The translations under genes and the position numbers were made by a program. This document shows, one piece after another, positions 8,753 to 17,746 of a DNA stretch of 32,000 bases (position 1 is the first letter of the stretch; each line of letters begins with the position of its first letter). The stretch is from an uncultured archaeon (GTDB lineage Archaea; Asgardarchaeota; Thorarchaeia; Thorarchaeales; Thorarchaeaceae): positions 60,001-92,000 of the forward strand of contig CAYHAA010000007.1 of NCBI GenBank assembly GCA_964354495.1. The letters run 5' to 3'. The notes under the pieces were generated by a model. That model did not search any database. It saw nothing but the letters and a program-made list of their open reading frames with translations, and was not told the DNA's origin.

Positions 8753-9796
8753 GAAGCGAATGACGATTGCATCGTTGGGACAGTGGCTCTTGCACTCGAG
8801 ACACATGATGCAGTCTGGACTGTGCATGTGTTGATACGGATATTTTCTGATTCGTATACTCATTGGACAGACCATTTCACAGACATTGCATACATCAGGA
8901 GTGCATCGTGCCGGGTTTCTACCGATTCCAACTAATGCCTCTCTAGAGAAGACGCTGTACAGCCACCCCGCTGGGCAAATCCATCTACAGAACCATCTTG
9001 GAACCCATATAGAAACCACAAAGATGAAGATGACAAAGGCGAGTTGCAGTAGTGCGAATCCCCACTGAGTGAAGTACCAGAGCGTGCTCAGGCCTGTTGG
9101 CCAAAGTTGTTCTGGAATGACCTTGAAGAGAATGTATGCTGGATTTAGAGGACTAAATGCATCATTGGCAAATGCGCCGAGCATAGTTTCGAGTACTTCT
9201 TCTCCGCCAACAGCTCTAGTAGCTCCAAGCCAGACTGCAAGTCCAGTGACCACCACAAAGATGTAGAGTTTGCCTTTACGCAGTTCTGCCTCAGTCGCTG
9301 CTGATGGTTTCATCTTTTCACGCTTTGGCAATGTTGCAAAGTCCTGTATTGTTCCAATCGGGCAGGCCCAAGCGCATGGTGCTCTACCAACGAAAATCAG
9401 GATGATAATCATCGCTCCGATCGTGAAGAATGGGAAGTATCCAGTTGTGAAGGTCCGCTGCATTGTGTCGAATGAGCCCGAAATGACAGCAAAGGGGGCT
9501 TCAAGGGGTGCTAGAATCGGTATGCTGGGAACAATATCCCTTATGGTGGTCCAGAAGGCCGTGATGTACTCAGCACCAAACCAAGCAGTGAATAGGTAGG
9601 CATTGATGCCCAGAAGAAAGAGAATCTGGACGACCCTGCGAAGCATGCGAACGTTGAGAATGATCCCTAGCGGATTATGTCTGGGCTTTCTCTGACTCTT
9701 TTCTTCTTTTTCGACTGGTTCTTCAGTCTGCCCTTCTGACTCAGGAAGTTCCTCTTCCTCAGCCGTTTTATCAAGCCTCTCGGCATCTTCAGCCAT
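8747..9796 (-). CDS. NapH/MauN/FixG-type membrane-bound 4Fe-4S protein
   Basis: CAWACP and CRWICP motifs in TM regions; C-terminal CNVCEMVCP and CIMCLECKSHCP; likely ATG at 9796. Confidence 0.85.
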   Translation of the reverse strand: MAEDAERLDKTAEEEELPESEGQTEEPVEKEEKSQRKPRHNPLGIILNVRMLRRVVQILFLLGINAYLFTAWFGAEYITAFWTTIRDIVPSIPILAPLEAPFAVISGSFDTMQRTFTTGYFPFFTIGAMIIILIFVGRAPCAWACPIGTIQDFATLPKREKMKPSAATEAELRKGKLYIFVVVTGLAVWLGATRAVGGEEVLETMLGAFANDAFSPLNPAYILFKVIPEQLWPTGLSTLWYFTQWGFALLQLAFVIFIFVVSIWVPRWFCRWICPAGWLYSVFSREALVGIGRNPARCTPDVCNVCEMVCPMSIRIRKYPYQHMHSPDCIMCLECKSHCPNDAIVIRFS

Positions 9797-9906
9797 GGAT
9801 TCATTCCTCGCTTGGGTGCTGATACCGGCGACAACTTGTGCCGTCATTAAAAACGTTATGCTGAATTGAAACCGCCAGTATAGTAAGTTAATGGTGTCTG
9901 CTATAT

Positions 9907-10311
9907 CTAAACCGACGAGTGTGTAATGTGTATCACATTGGAGACCATGGTGAACATCATGTAATAGTAACCTTCAGCAGTCGGAGGGATGAGGTACACT
10001 TGATGGTCGAAGGTCTCAGTCCATATCGTTTGCTGGCTATCCATGAGCAAGATAATCGTCAATATGCTTCCATTCGCACTCATTGACACCCCTGTTGGAA
10101 TATGGACTTGGATTGTCAGGTTCATGAGTTCCTCACTATCTATGCGATTTGCAGCTACAAATATGTCGTCAGCAGCCCTCTGTGCATCTTGGAGGTGTGT
10201 GGTATACGTCATTGTATTGATGGCGTAGAGTAGAACAGGAACACCAATGATGACTGCTGTGGAGAGTCCAACTGCTATCAGCATCATCTTCTCAAGAGAC
10301 CTAGATACCAT
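9907..10311 (-). CDS. Pilin-like/class III signal peptide-like exported protein
   Basis: SRSLEKMMLIAVGL.. N-terminal hydrophobic helix with Glu near +5, then a beta-rich domain. Confidence 0.45.
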   Translation of the reverse strand: MVSRSLEKMMLIAVGLSTAVIIGVPVLLYAINTMTYTTHLQDAQRAADDIFVAANRIDSEELMNLTIQVHIPTGVSMSANGSILTIILLMDSQQTIWTETFDHQVYLIPPTAEGYYYMMFTMVSNVIHITHSSV

Positions 10312-10409
10312 ACTTATCCTTCCTGTATTCTACCACATAAACTACTCTGAGTCTAGTTTGTCGTGAGCAAGAGTTTATGTTTGCTTTCCACTGTTGTGTG
10401 TGGAGAGAT

Positions 10410-11807
10410 ATGATGGACTCTCTAATCCCTGTTCACGTTGGTCTGATGGGTCATATTGACCATGGAAAAACAGCGCTCGCACGAGTGTTGAGCGAACAGG
10501 TATCTACTGCAGGACTCGATAGGCATCCCCAAGCACAAGAACGCGGGATAACGATTGATCTTGGGTTCACCATGTTTGTCCTTGAGAACTATCTAGTGAC
10601 CCTCGTTGATGCCCCAGGACATGCCGATCTCATAAGGAGTGTGGTTGCTGGGGCAAATATCATTGATACTGCGATTCTAGCAGTGGCTGCAGACGAGGGC
10701 CCCAAGATTCAGACTGGAGAGCATTTAGTTGTCCTCTCTTCAATGGGTATTGATTCGTTGGTCGTAGCCATTACCAAAATCGACATAGCTGCAAACGACC
10801 AGATTGTTCAGATTGAGTCCAAAATGAAGAAGATTGTTGCTGATGCTGGGTTCAAGAAGGTCGAGTACGTCCGAGTTTCAGCTCACCGGAATGAAGGTAT
10901 AGATAGACTTCGCGAGGCGCTTCTCAGAGTTCTCGTTCCCAGAGTGCGCGATGTGAACGGTCCTCTCTTGATACCCATCGATCATGCCTTTCCAGTGAAA
11001 GGCCATGGCACTGTTGCAACGGGCACAGTTATTCGAGGAAGACTTGCGGAAGGCGCCCTCGTTGAGATTGCACCTCTCGGCATCAGCAGTAGAGTTCGCT
11101 CAATCGAGACCTTCAGTCACAACAGGTCTCAGGCATCTGCTGGTGACCGAGTTGGAATCAATATTCCTGAGGTGGACCCCACTCTAATTACTCGGGGCGA
11201 CTATCTCTGTGCTCCCAAGAGTATTCCAACCTCTGATTGCGTTCATGTGCATATCAATGTCAATCCACTATACAACGGCAGAATCACAAAGAATCTCGTA
11301 GTGAGCGCGGCATTGGGTATGCCGGTATCGACAGGGCAAATCATCCCCTTTCGGGTGGTCGGAGGTCTCCGGGTTGTGGTGGACTCAATCGAAGGGTTGG
11401 AATTCGACGCAGCTCTTGCCCTTCAGAAGCCAGTGGCAGTAGATGCACACGCTAGAGTCTTACTTCTCCGAACGGATCTGCCTCCTACTCAGATGCGGAT
11501 TGTTGGGTCCGGCATCATTACTGAGATTCCAGACAACATCATACTGCAGCGCAGAAAGATCCGCACTGGCAAGGTCCAGAGGATTCGTGATCATGATGTC
11601 CTTGTCGAGGGACTTGCCTCTAGCAAGAAGGTGGCTGAATCACTGGTAGAGATGCGAGTGAAAACAAGAGGCGGCGTAGACGGTATTATTAGGGCAACAT
11701 TTGGTACGAGAGGTGTTGTTTCCGTAGAGTTTAGTACTCCTATCGAGAAGAATGAAGAAGTGGACTATGAGAGGTTTGTAGAGGAGACTTACAACTTTGG
11801 ACCGTGA
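10410..11807 (+). CDS. selB: Selenocysteine-specific elongation factor (archaeal SelB/EF-Sec)
   Basis: GHIDHGKT, ERGITIDLGF, DAPGHADL and TKID; ~465 aa; overlaps the SepSecS gene. Confidence 0.9.
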   Translation: MMDSLIPVHVGLMGHIDHGKTALARVLSEQVSTAGLDRHPQAQERGITIDLGFTMFVLENYLVTLVDAPGHADLIRSVVAGANIIDTAILAVAADEGPKIQTGEHLVVLSSMGIDSLVVAITKIDIAANDQIVQIESKMKKIVADAGFKKVEYVRVSAHRNEGIDRLREALLRVLVPRVRDVNGPLLIPIDHAFPVKGHGTVATGTVIRGRLAEGALVEIAPLGISSRVRSIETFSHNRSQASAGDRVGINIPEVDPTLITRGDYLCAPKSIPTSDCVHVHINVNPLYNGRITKNLVVSAALGMPVSTGQIIPFRVVGGLRVVVDSIEGLEFDAALALQKPVAVDAHARVLLLRTDLPPTQMRIVGSGIITEIPDNIILQRRKIRTGKVQRIRDHDVLVEGLASSKKVAESLVEMRVKTRGGVDGIIRATFGTRGVVSVEFSTPIEKNEEVDYERFVEETYNFGP

Positions 11808-13116
11808 TGAGTTTGACAGGATACTAGACAAGACGATTCCTGAGAGCATGGCACGTCGAGGTCGCACAACCATTGACTCCATGATGGCTCCGATTCGAGA
11901 CGTTTTGAACAGAAGGGTCTTCCCTGACAAGTCATTGACAGATGCACAGCTCGAACTGATGGTCCAGATTCTCTCATCCATGGACACAGACAAGGACCCA
12001 GAGGCTGCTCGAGTGGGAGAACGTGAGGGTCGCATTGCATCGCCTTTCGTCGGCGCTCTTGCAGCTGGCTTCAATCATGGCGTTGGGAGAAGTGGTCAGC
12101 TCAGCGCTCCCCAACCAAAGGCTGCGGGAGCATCCCTGATGCAGCAGGTTGCCAACACTGTTGCCCTCGATGCAATTCGCAAACTAGGGCTGAGTAATGT
12201 GAAGGCAGGTATTGTCACCCCTCTCTCTACAGGAATGACACTTGCTCTCGTACTGGGTGCCCTGCGAAGAGAGTTGCATATTCAAAGAGTACTCTATCCT
12301 CGAATTGACCACATCTCACCTAGACGAGGAATCTCCCTCACTGGTCTGAAAGAGGTACCAGTATCGACACTCATTGAAGATGATGCAGTCCGTGTCAATC
12401 TCAGTGAATTAGAAACACTAATCTCCAAGACCAAGTCCTGTGCAGTTCTCTGTACTACTACCTTCTTTCCACCACGAGAGTCTGATCCCGTGAAAGCTGT
12501 TGCACGGCTATGTGCGGACCATGATGTCCCCCTGGTGGTCAATAATGCCTACGGGGTGCAGTCTCAAGACATAATGAACCAGTTAAGGTCTGCAGTTGAT
12601 GCTGGTCGTGTTGACGCCATCGTTCAGAGCAGTGATAAGAACTTCATGGCGCCAGTTGGTGGTTCTATCATTGTATCACCGAACCCTGCTGTCATTGACT
12701 GGACAGCAGATACCTATGCGGGTAGAGCAACAGCGGCGCCCATTGTCCAAACGCTAGCAGCCCTTCTCTCTCTTGGTCTTGACAGATATCAGGACCTGCA
12801 GCAACAGCAACTAGAGAACCTTGCATTTCTTAGGGACCAACTTGCAGCAATTGCTGAAACACATGGCCAACGGGTCCTTGATGTCAAGAATCCTGTGGCC
12901 TGGGCAATGACCCTGAATGGTCTTGATGTCAAAGAGATTGGGGCTCGGCTGTACAATGCTAGGGTCACAGGGCCAAGAACGGTCGAGGCTGGAGCCTTTG
13001 GGTCCTCTGTCGAGAGCTATCCTCACAGTTACATCGTGATGAATGCTGCAATCGGAGCGAGCCATGAAGACGTCGAGACTGCGACAACTAAACTTGATAA
13101 GGAAGCTGGCAGATAG
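11797..13116 (+). CDS. spcS: O-phosphoseryl-tRNA(Sec):selenocysteinyl-tRNA synthase (SepSecS)
   Basis: GEREGR, HGVGRSG, PQPKAAG, NNAYG and PLP-Lys in SSDKNF. Confidence 0.95.
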   Translation: MDRDEFDRILDKTIPESMARRGRTTIDSMMAPIRDVLNRRVFPDKSLTDAQLELMVQILSSMDTDKDPEAARVGEREGRIASPFVGALAAGFNHGVGRSGQLSAPQPKAAGASLMQQVANTVALDAIRKLGLSNVKAGIVTPLSTGMTLALVLGALRRELHIQRVLYPRIDHISPRRGISLTGLKEVPVSTLIEDDAVRVNLSELETLISKTKSCAVLCTTTFFPPRESDPVKAVARLCADHDVPLVVNNAYGVQSQDIMNQLRSAVDAGRVDAIVQSSDKNFMAPVGGSIIVSPNPAVIDWTADTYAGRATAAPIVQTLAALLSLGLDRYQDLQQQQLENLAFLRDQLAAIAETHGQRVLDVKNPVAWAMTLNGLDVKEIGARLYNARVTGPRTVEAGAFGSSVESYPHSYIVMNAAIGASHEDVETATTKLDKEAGR

Positions 13117-13145
13117 TTATGAGTCCCTGAGGGAGGGCAAGATAC

Positions 13146-13799
13146 ATGACCGCAGCAGATGAACAGGCGAAAGTTTCCCGCACATTGAAATTCGGCTCTG
13201 ATGAGGCTGCAGCAGTGTTTCGTATTGCTTGGTATGCAATTGCCTCCAAGCCCAACGTTCTTCTTGAGGAGTATAGCGAGGGTGGAGACAAGCACTTCAA
13301 GGGGATGGCGCGCTTCTCTCTCCAGATTGCAGGTGAGAATAGTCAGGCCATAATTCGCTTGGATGAGTCCAAGTCCTCAGTTGAGATTGAAACGTTAGGC
13401 ATGGATGAAGTAGCTCTGGCAGGGTATGTAGGCGGCATCATCGAATCTTTGAAGGATGCAATAGACAAGTACCAATCCTTGCCGGAAGAGGACCGCGGAA
13501 GGCTTCGAAGGGCTCTGACTGCTAAGACGTGCTGGGACCGGATGGTCCGCGAGATTCTGAACAGATCCCCCCTGACCAACATCTATTACCAGGTAGCTCA
13601 TGGAAGAGAAATGGTCATCAAGGCTGTGGAGGGTGAGAACGGTGTGCACCCTATCACTCTTACTACCTCTGCTTGGTTGTCCCGAATAGAATCACTTCCC
13701 CGCGATCAAACCTTGCCCGGCTCTGTGGCCTCTGAACTGGCAAAGAAGAGTGTTGAATGGAAACACGAGACCCAGGAGATCATCAGCCGTTATCTCTAG
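13146..13799 (+). CDS. Hypothetical protein inside the Sec locus
   Basis: 217-aa ORF 29 nt after SepSecS, same strand; no family recognised. Confidence 0.8.
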   Translation: MTAADEQAKVSRTLKFGSDEAAAVFRIAWYAIASKPNVLLEEYSEGGDKHFKGMARFSLQIAGENSQAIIRLDESKSSVEIETLGMDEVALAGYVGGIIESLKDAIDKYQSLPEEDRGRLRRALTAKTCWDRMVREILNRSPLTNIYYQVAHGREMVIKAVEGENGVHPITLTTSAWLSRIESLPRDQTLPGSVASELAKKSVEWKHETQEIISRYL

Positions 13800-13803
13800 A
13801 TTC

Positions 13804-13810
13804 TTATAAG
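13804..13810 (+). promoter_or_regulatory. Probable TATA box of tRNA-Sec
   Basis: TTATAAG 33 nt before the predicted mature 5' end. Confidence 0.5.
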
Positions 13811-13843
13811 CAGCGCAGTAGCTTGTTTCTCGTGCTCATTTGT

Positions 13844-13934
13844 GGCCTTCTACAGAGCTAGTGGTCTGGCCCCGTGGGCTTCAAACCCATGATCGTGCAA
13901 GCGATAAGAGTTCGATTCTCTTTGAAGGCCGCCA
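13844..13934 (+). tRNA. selC: tRNA-Sec (anticodon UCA at 13881-13883), CCA encoded
   Basis: Hand fold: 9-bp acceptor (GGCCUUCUA/UUGAAGGCC), 7-bp D stem with UGGU loop, 6-bp anticodon stem with CUUCAAA loop, variable arm AUCGU-GCAA-GCGAU, 4-bp T stem with UUCGAUU loop, G73, CCA. Confidence 0.95.
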
Positions 13935-13935
13935 T

Positions 13936-14697
13936 CTATGTATCCAGAAGTCTTCGTAGTTGCTTTAGCGTCATTTTCCTTGCTGCTACCGTATCCAAGT
14001 CGTTCTCGATTGCCTTCTTGAGCACACTACGGCGAACATGTGAAACCTCCCGATTTCCCCGCAGTTCTGGATGTTTCTGGAGAAACTCTGTGACCGCCTC
14101 TCTTGTGATCTTGTCAATCATCTCGCCTGTTCTCTCAGTGATTCTTGTCGTTTCTTGTTCCTCTGCAACCTCCAGGCCATCAAGAACCTCGAGTATCTTC
14201 GCGGCCGCTGAATCAATGCTCTGGCCTGCCATGTCTACCTCTGCCGCTGGATAGTCCCACAGATATCGTCCTCCTGGCGGATCGAACCGTTCATCTATGC
14301 GCCTAATGATATCCTCAGTGATCTCTGTGCTCTCTCTCTTTCTATTCCATGAGATAGCATCCTCTAGCGACGTGGTCACATGGACGATGGCGAATATGCA
14401 CTCTCTCTCAAGAGCAATATTCAACAGGTCATGCCGCATGCTCTCGTAGTAGTTCGTATCATCATGGATCACACTCTTTCCCTGCCTGAGAAGTTTGTCT
14501 ACTTGTACCAGAGTGGCTTGCCGAACCATTCCCTCCTTCTCTGGTCGCCAGTCTGTGTAGTAGTCTACGTCACGCCACTCATCACTCGACACAATTGTGA
14601 CATCGGTGTCTAGTGCTGCTTTGATTGCATGTGCGAGAGTAGTCTTCCCAGAGCTAGGCAGTCCGCAGAGGGCAAGTAGGAATTGCTCCATTATCAA
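13936..14697 (-). CDS. pstK: O-phosphoseryl-tRNA(Sec) kinase
   Basis: GLPSSGKTT P-loop, DDTNYYESMR motif and C-terminal helical domain; abuts tRNA-Sec. Confidence 0.9.
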   Translation of the reverse strand: MIMEQFLLALCGLPSSGKTTLAHAIKAALDTDVTIVSSDEWRDVDYYTDWRPEKEGMVRQATLVQVDKLLRQGKSVIHDDTNYYESMRHDLLNIALERECIFAIVHVTTSLEDAISWNRKRESTEITEDIIRRIDERFDPPGGRYLWDYPAAEVDMAGQSIDSAAAKILEVLDGLEVAEEQETTRITERTGEMIDKITREAVTEFLQKHPELRGNREVSHVRRSVLKKAIENDLDTVAARKMTLKQLRRLLDT

Positions 14698-14919
14698 TCA
14701 AGAGTAATTGAAATCCTACAAACTCATAAAAAGAGAGTGGTGTGAACTGTAAGAAAACTGTATGATATTCAAGAAACAGATCCTCTCCTTACACAGGGGT
14801 CGACTTACGATACATACTCTTTCTCCTGATGAGTCTTTCTTCTCTCATTAGTCTAACATACTCTCTCATTCAAAGGAAATTGTATGATCTCATATACTCA
14901 TATCAACACGAACCATTAT

Positions 14920-15320
14920 GAGAGGACTAAGTCTGTGGACTAGAGTTCTAGATAGGACTCGACGTGTGCAACCAAAAGCCCGAAGGAAGTCTTCCGGAGG
15001 GAAGTCCTTCTCTCCACAAAAGAACAATCATCAGGTTCCGGAGAGTCCGCGGTTGTTCACTCTGTCCAATTGGACCTTACCAGCTTCAGTGATGGGACTG
15101 GTGAGAGTAATCATGACCCCGCCATGGTAAATACTGTGGGAATTCTCGCTGTTGCTGGAGGTGATGCTCCAGCGTTCAAACAGGAGAAAGAAGCCAGATC
15201 TTCAGGAGGAATTCCATCCCGATGATAGCTGACAATGCTCCTGCTAGTTCCATATTCTTATGGACTATGGATTGTGGTGACGCTGGCAGGAGAAGGGCAG
15301 AACATAGAGGTTTCTTGCAG
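14920..15320 (+). ncRNA. Candidate structured ncRNA (possibly a divergent RNase P RNA); ends approximate
   Basis: No credible long ORF; several 7-10 bp stems; GAGGGAAGUCC at 14997-15007 resembles RNase P CR-I; no canonical CR-V found. Confidence 0.35.
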
Positions 15321-15406
15321 TTGAGTTTCACTCACACTATAATGTAAGAGATAGGTCATGAACGTAGTGAATCAGAAGTGAGGAGCTATGGGGAGATTCG
15401 CAGCCA

Positions 15407-16381
15407 CTATGGCTTGATTGTGATCTGGAGGCTCTGGGCGAGATCCTTGTATCTATTCCTCACGGTGACCTCTGTCACATTTGAAGCCTCGGCAATCTCT
15501 CTCTGAGTCCGTCTGTCATCTTCGATGATACCTGCGATATAGAGCGCAGCTGCAGCAAGACCGCCTGGATCCTTGCCGGCAGTGATGCCTCTGTCCCGCG
15601 CTTCGTTGATGATGTTCATTGCAGTCTGCACAGTCTTCCCATCGAGGTTGAGATCTGCAGAGATCCTTGGCATGAGGTCATTTGCTGATGGAATTGGCAC
15701 CCTGACATCAACGTTCCTCAGGATGAGTCGAACACACTGGCCGAGCTCCTTCCTGTTGACCCGCGCCTCGGTCACTATCTCATCGAGCTGTCTGGGTATC
15801 TTATGAATTCGACATGAGAGGTAGATTGTTGCAGCCACCATACCTTCAATGCTTCTGCCTCTGACAAGACGCCTACCCAGCGCCTTTCGGTAGACGAGGG
15901 CTGAGGTCTCCTTTGTTTCATGAGGAATACCGAGCTGAGAGGTCAGTCTGTCCATCTCGCTCATTGCAATGCTCAGGTTCCGGTGCTGAGAGCTGTGTAC
16001 CAGAGTCCTGATCTGCCATTTTCTCATCCGATAGATGGCAGCCCTACTATTTGCAGCGATAGCTCTGCCGTTCGCGTCACGGTCCGACCAACCAATAGTA
16101 GTTGCGAGACCCTTGTCAGCCATGGTCAAGGTCATCGGAGAACCAGTTCTTGCTCTGGCATTTCTCTCTTCAGCAGTGAAGGCTCTCCATTCCGGACCAG
16201 CGTCTAGAACGTGTTCATTCAACACGCAGCCGCATGACGTGCAGATGTTCTCACCACGGGTGAGGTCTTCGTAGAAATCACTGCCGCCACATACTGAACA
16301 TATCGCCATTCCATTTCGTCTGTCTGCTGTGGCTCGTATTGATTTTGCCATTGCTGTCACCTTTGATTTTTCTCTTGTCAT
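15407..16381 (-). CDS. tfb: Transcription initiation factor IIB
   Basis: CSVCG..CTSCG Zn ribbon, DAGPEWRAF, two cyclin repeats (GRSIEG, GKDPGGLAAAALY) and VTEVTVRNRYK. Confidence 0.97.
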   Translation of the reverse strand: MTREKSKVTAMAKSIRATADRRNGMAICSVCGGSDFYEDLTRGENICTSCGCVLNEHVLDAGPEWRAFTAEERNARARTGSPMTLTMADKGLATTIGWSDRDANGRAIAANSRAAIYRMRKWQIRTLVHSSQHRNLSIAMSEMDRLTSQLGIPHETKETSALVYRKALGRRLVRGRSIEGMVAATIYLSCRIHKIPRQLDEIVTEARVNRKELGQCVRLILRNVDVRVPIPSANDLMPRISADLNLDGKTVQTAMNIINEARDRGITAGKDPGGLAAAALYIAGIIEDDRRTQREIAEASNVTEVTVRNRYKDLAQSLQITIKP

Positions 16382-16457
16382 ATGGCCGTTGATATGCTTC
16401 GCAGGGAATTACAAGACTGTAACTCAATAGAAGACCTTCTCCAAGCGCGATTCTAGT

Positions 16458-16465
16458 GTATATAA
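16458..16465 (-). promoter_or_regulatory. Probable TATA box of tfb
   Basis: TTATATAC preceded by TAAAC on the minus strand. Confidence 0.45.
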
Positions 16466-16562
16466 GTTTAAGCATGGAAGAGCTCTTGTACGAAACGAAT
16501 CCACCTTACTTCTCTTCAAGAGAACATATCATTCTCAATAGTATGTATGCACAGTTCCGGCA

Positions 16563-16844
16563 CTAGGGGAGAATAATCCTTCCTGACACACATGAGGAAT
16601 CCTCTGTGAAACCATCAAGAATCAGTCGTCGTAGGTGAGAATTGAAGTACTCGTCTAACTCCTTTGTTGAACGGAATGTGATCCTGAGGGTGGTGTTCGC
16701 GACAGCATTTATGACCTCAACTCGTGCATCCTGTCCAGTCTGTCTGATCTTCTCCACTTGGTCCAGGGCAGAAAGCACGTCTTTCCATCGTTTATTGTAG
16801 CGTAGACAAACCTGGATATCGGCCTGTCCGCCCAGAAACGACAC
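16563..16844 (-). CDS. Hypothetical protein
   Basis: 93-aa ORF; GTG start with GGAG upstream. Confidence 0.5.
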   Translation of the reverse strand: MSFLGGQADIQVCLRYNKRWKDVLSALDQVEKIRQTGQDARVEVINAVANTTLRITFRSTKELDEYFNSHLRRLILDGFTEDSSCVSGRIILP

Positions 16845-16875
16845 TGGACAACACTCCGTGAGGTCAGAGGTTGTG

Positions 16876-17034
16876 TCAGAGGGACCTCACAGGTGTATTC
16901 CAGACCGAACTATATAAACACCTGTCCAACTTTGTCCAGATCTCTTGCAGCTGGCGAATACCCTCTTCGACGGTGACCATAGTGTCTTCCCACATCTCGA
17001 CAGGTGTGAAAGGATTCTTTGCTGCTTCACTCAT
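16876..17034 (-). CDS. Putative 52-aa protein (not in ORF track)
   Basis: ATG with GGTGA 7 nt upstream; MSEAAKNPFTPVEMWEDTMVTVEEGIRQLQEIWTKLDRCLYSSVWNTPVRSL. Confidence 0.5.
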   Translation of the reverse strand: MSEAAKNPFTPVEMWEDTMVTVEEGIRQLQEIWTKLDRCLYSSVWNTPVRSL

Positions 17035-17150
17035 TCCACATTCACCCGAATATGAAATGAACTATAGTTATCTACACAATAGTTAACTTATAAGGATTCT
17101 GTCATAGGATTATATGCTCAAAATGCGACTTACAGGCCGAGGCAAGTCCT

Positions 17151-17729
17151 ATGATTGAATATGTACTGATCATCCTGGCATCATCCCTCTTTGGGATACA
17201 GCACAGCGGAGTGTCATCTCTCAGGGTAAAATCGCGGGTCATCGACAGATGCGGGAAGAGAGGATACGCCCTCTTCTTCAATACCACTAGTCTGTTGACG
17301 CTCCTTCTTGCGTTCTTGTCAATGAACTTCTGGAACTGGCTCTATTTCCTGACCGAACCCGCGCTTGTACAACCGATTCTGCTAATAATAGGCATCTTGC
17401 TGGCTGTTTCTGGTGTAATCATCGCTGTGCAAGCCTCGAAGATAATATCTGTCAGCACCGTGGCAGATATGCGGACAGACCGACGACCTGAGCTCGTCAC
17501 AGACGGCATCTATGCTCGGGTGCGGCATCCCCTCTATCTTGCCACCATTTTGGTCTTTAGCGCCATGGCGTTTCTCTATCCATTCCCTGTGGTCATAGTG
17601 TTTGCCCTGTCGATGATTGTCTATACAATCATAGGGGCATTTCTCGAAGAACGAAAACTGCTGCTTCACTATGGGCAAGAATACAGGGACTACAGAAAAA
17701 AGGCTGGGTTCATTCTTCCTAAGCTATGA
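17151..17729 (+). CDS. Isoprenylcysteine carboxyl methyltransferase (ICMT/PEMT)-family membrane protein
   Basis: LVTDGIYARVRHPLY, EERKL and YRDYRKK; multiple TM helices. Confidence 0.85.
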   Translation: MIEYVLIILASSLFGIQHSGVSSLRVKSRVIDRCGKRGYALFFNTTSLLTLLLAFLSMNFWNWLYFLTEPALVQPILLIIGILLAVSGVIIAVQASKIISVSTVADMRTDRRPELVTDGIYARVRHPLYLATILVFSAMAFLYPFPVVIVFALSMIVYTIIGAFLEERKLLLHYGQEYRDYRKKAGFILPKL

Positions 17730-17746
17730 GCTCAGCTAGAGCGAAA

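Noticed and set aside
14826-14890. TGATGA as a box C of a C/D sRNA
   Set aside because: Not RUGAUGA, and no box D (CUGA) at a suitable distance
14918-15130. 70-aa ORF from the track
   Set aside because: No RBS or recognisable motif; lies within the structured putative ncRNA
16474-16566. 30-aa plus-strand ORF
   Set aside because: ATG is only ~8 nt after the TATA-like box, no RBS, and it overlaps the tfb promoter region
16845-16930. TGA (16887-16889) read-through extending the 93-aa ORF as a selenoprotein
   Set aside because: No recognisable family or redox motif, and the upstream ORF with an RBS is in another frame
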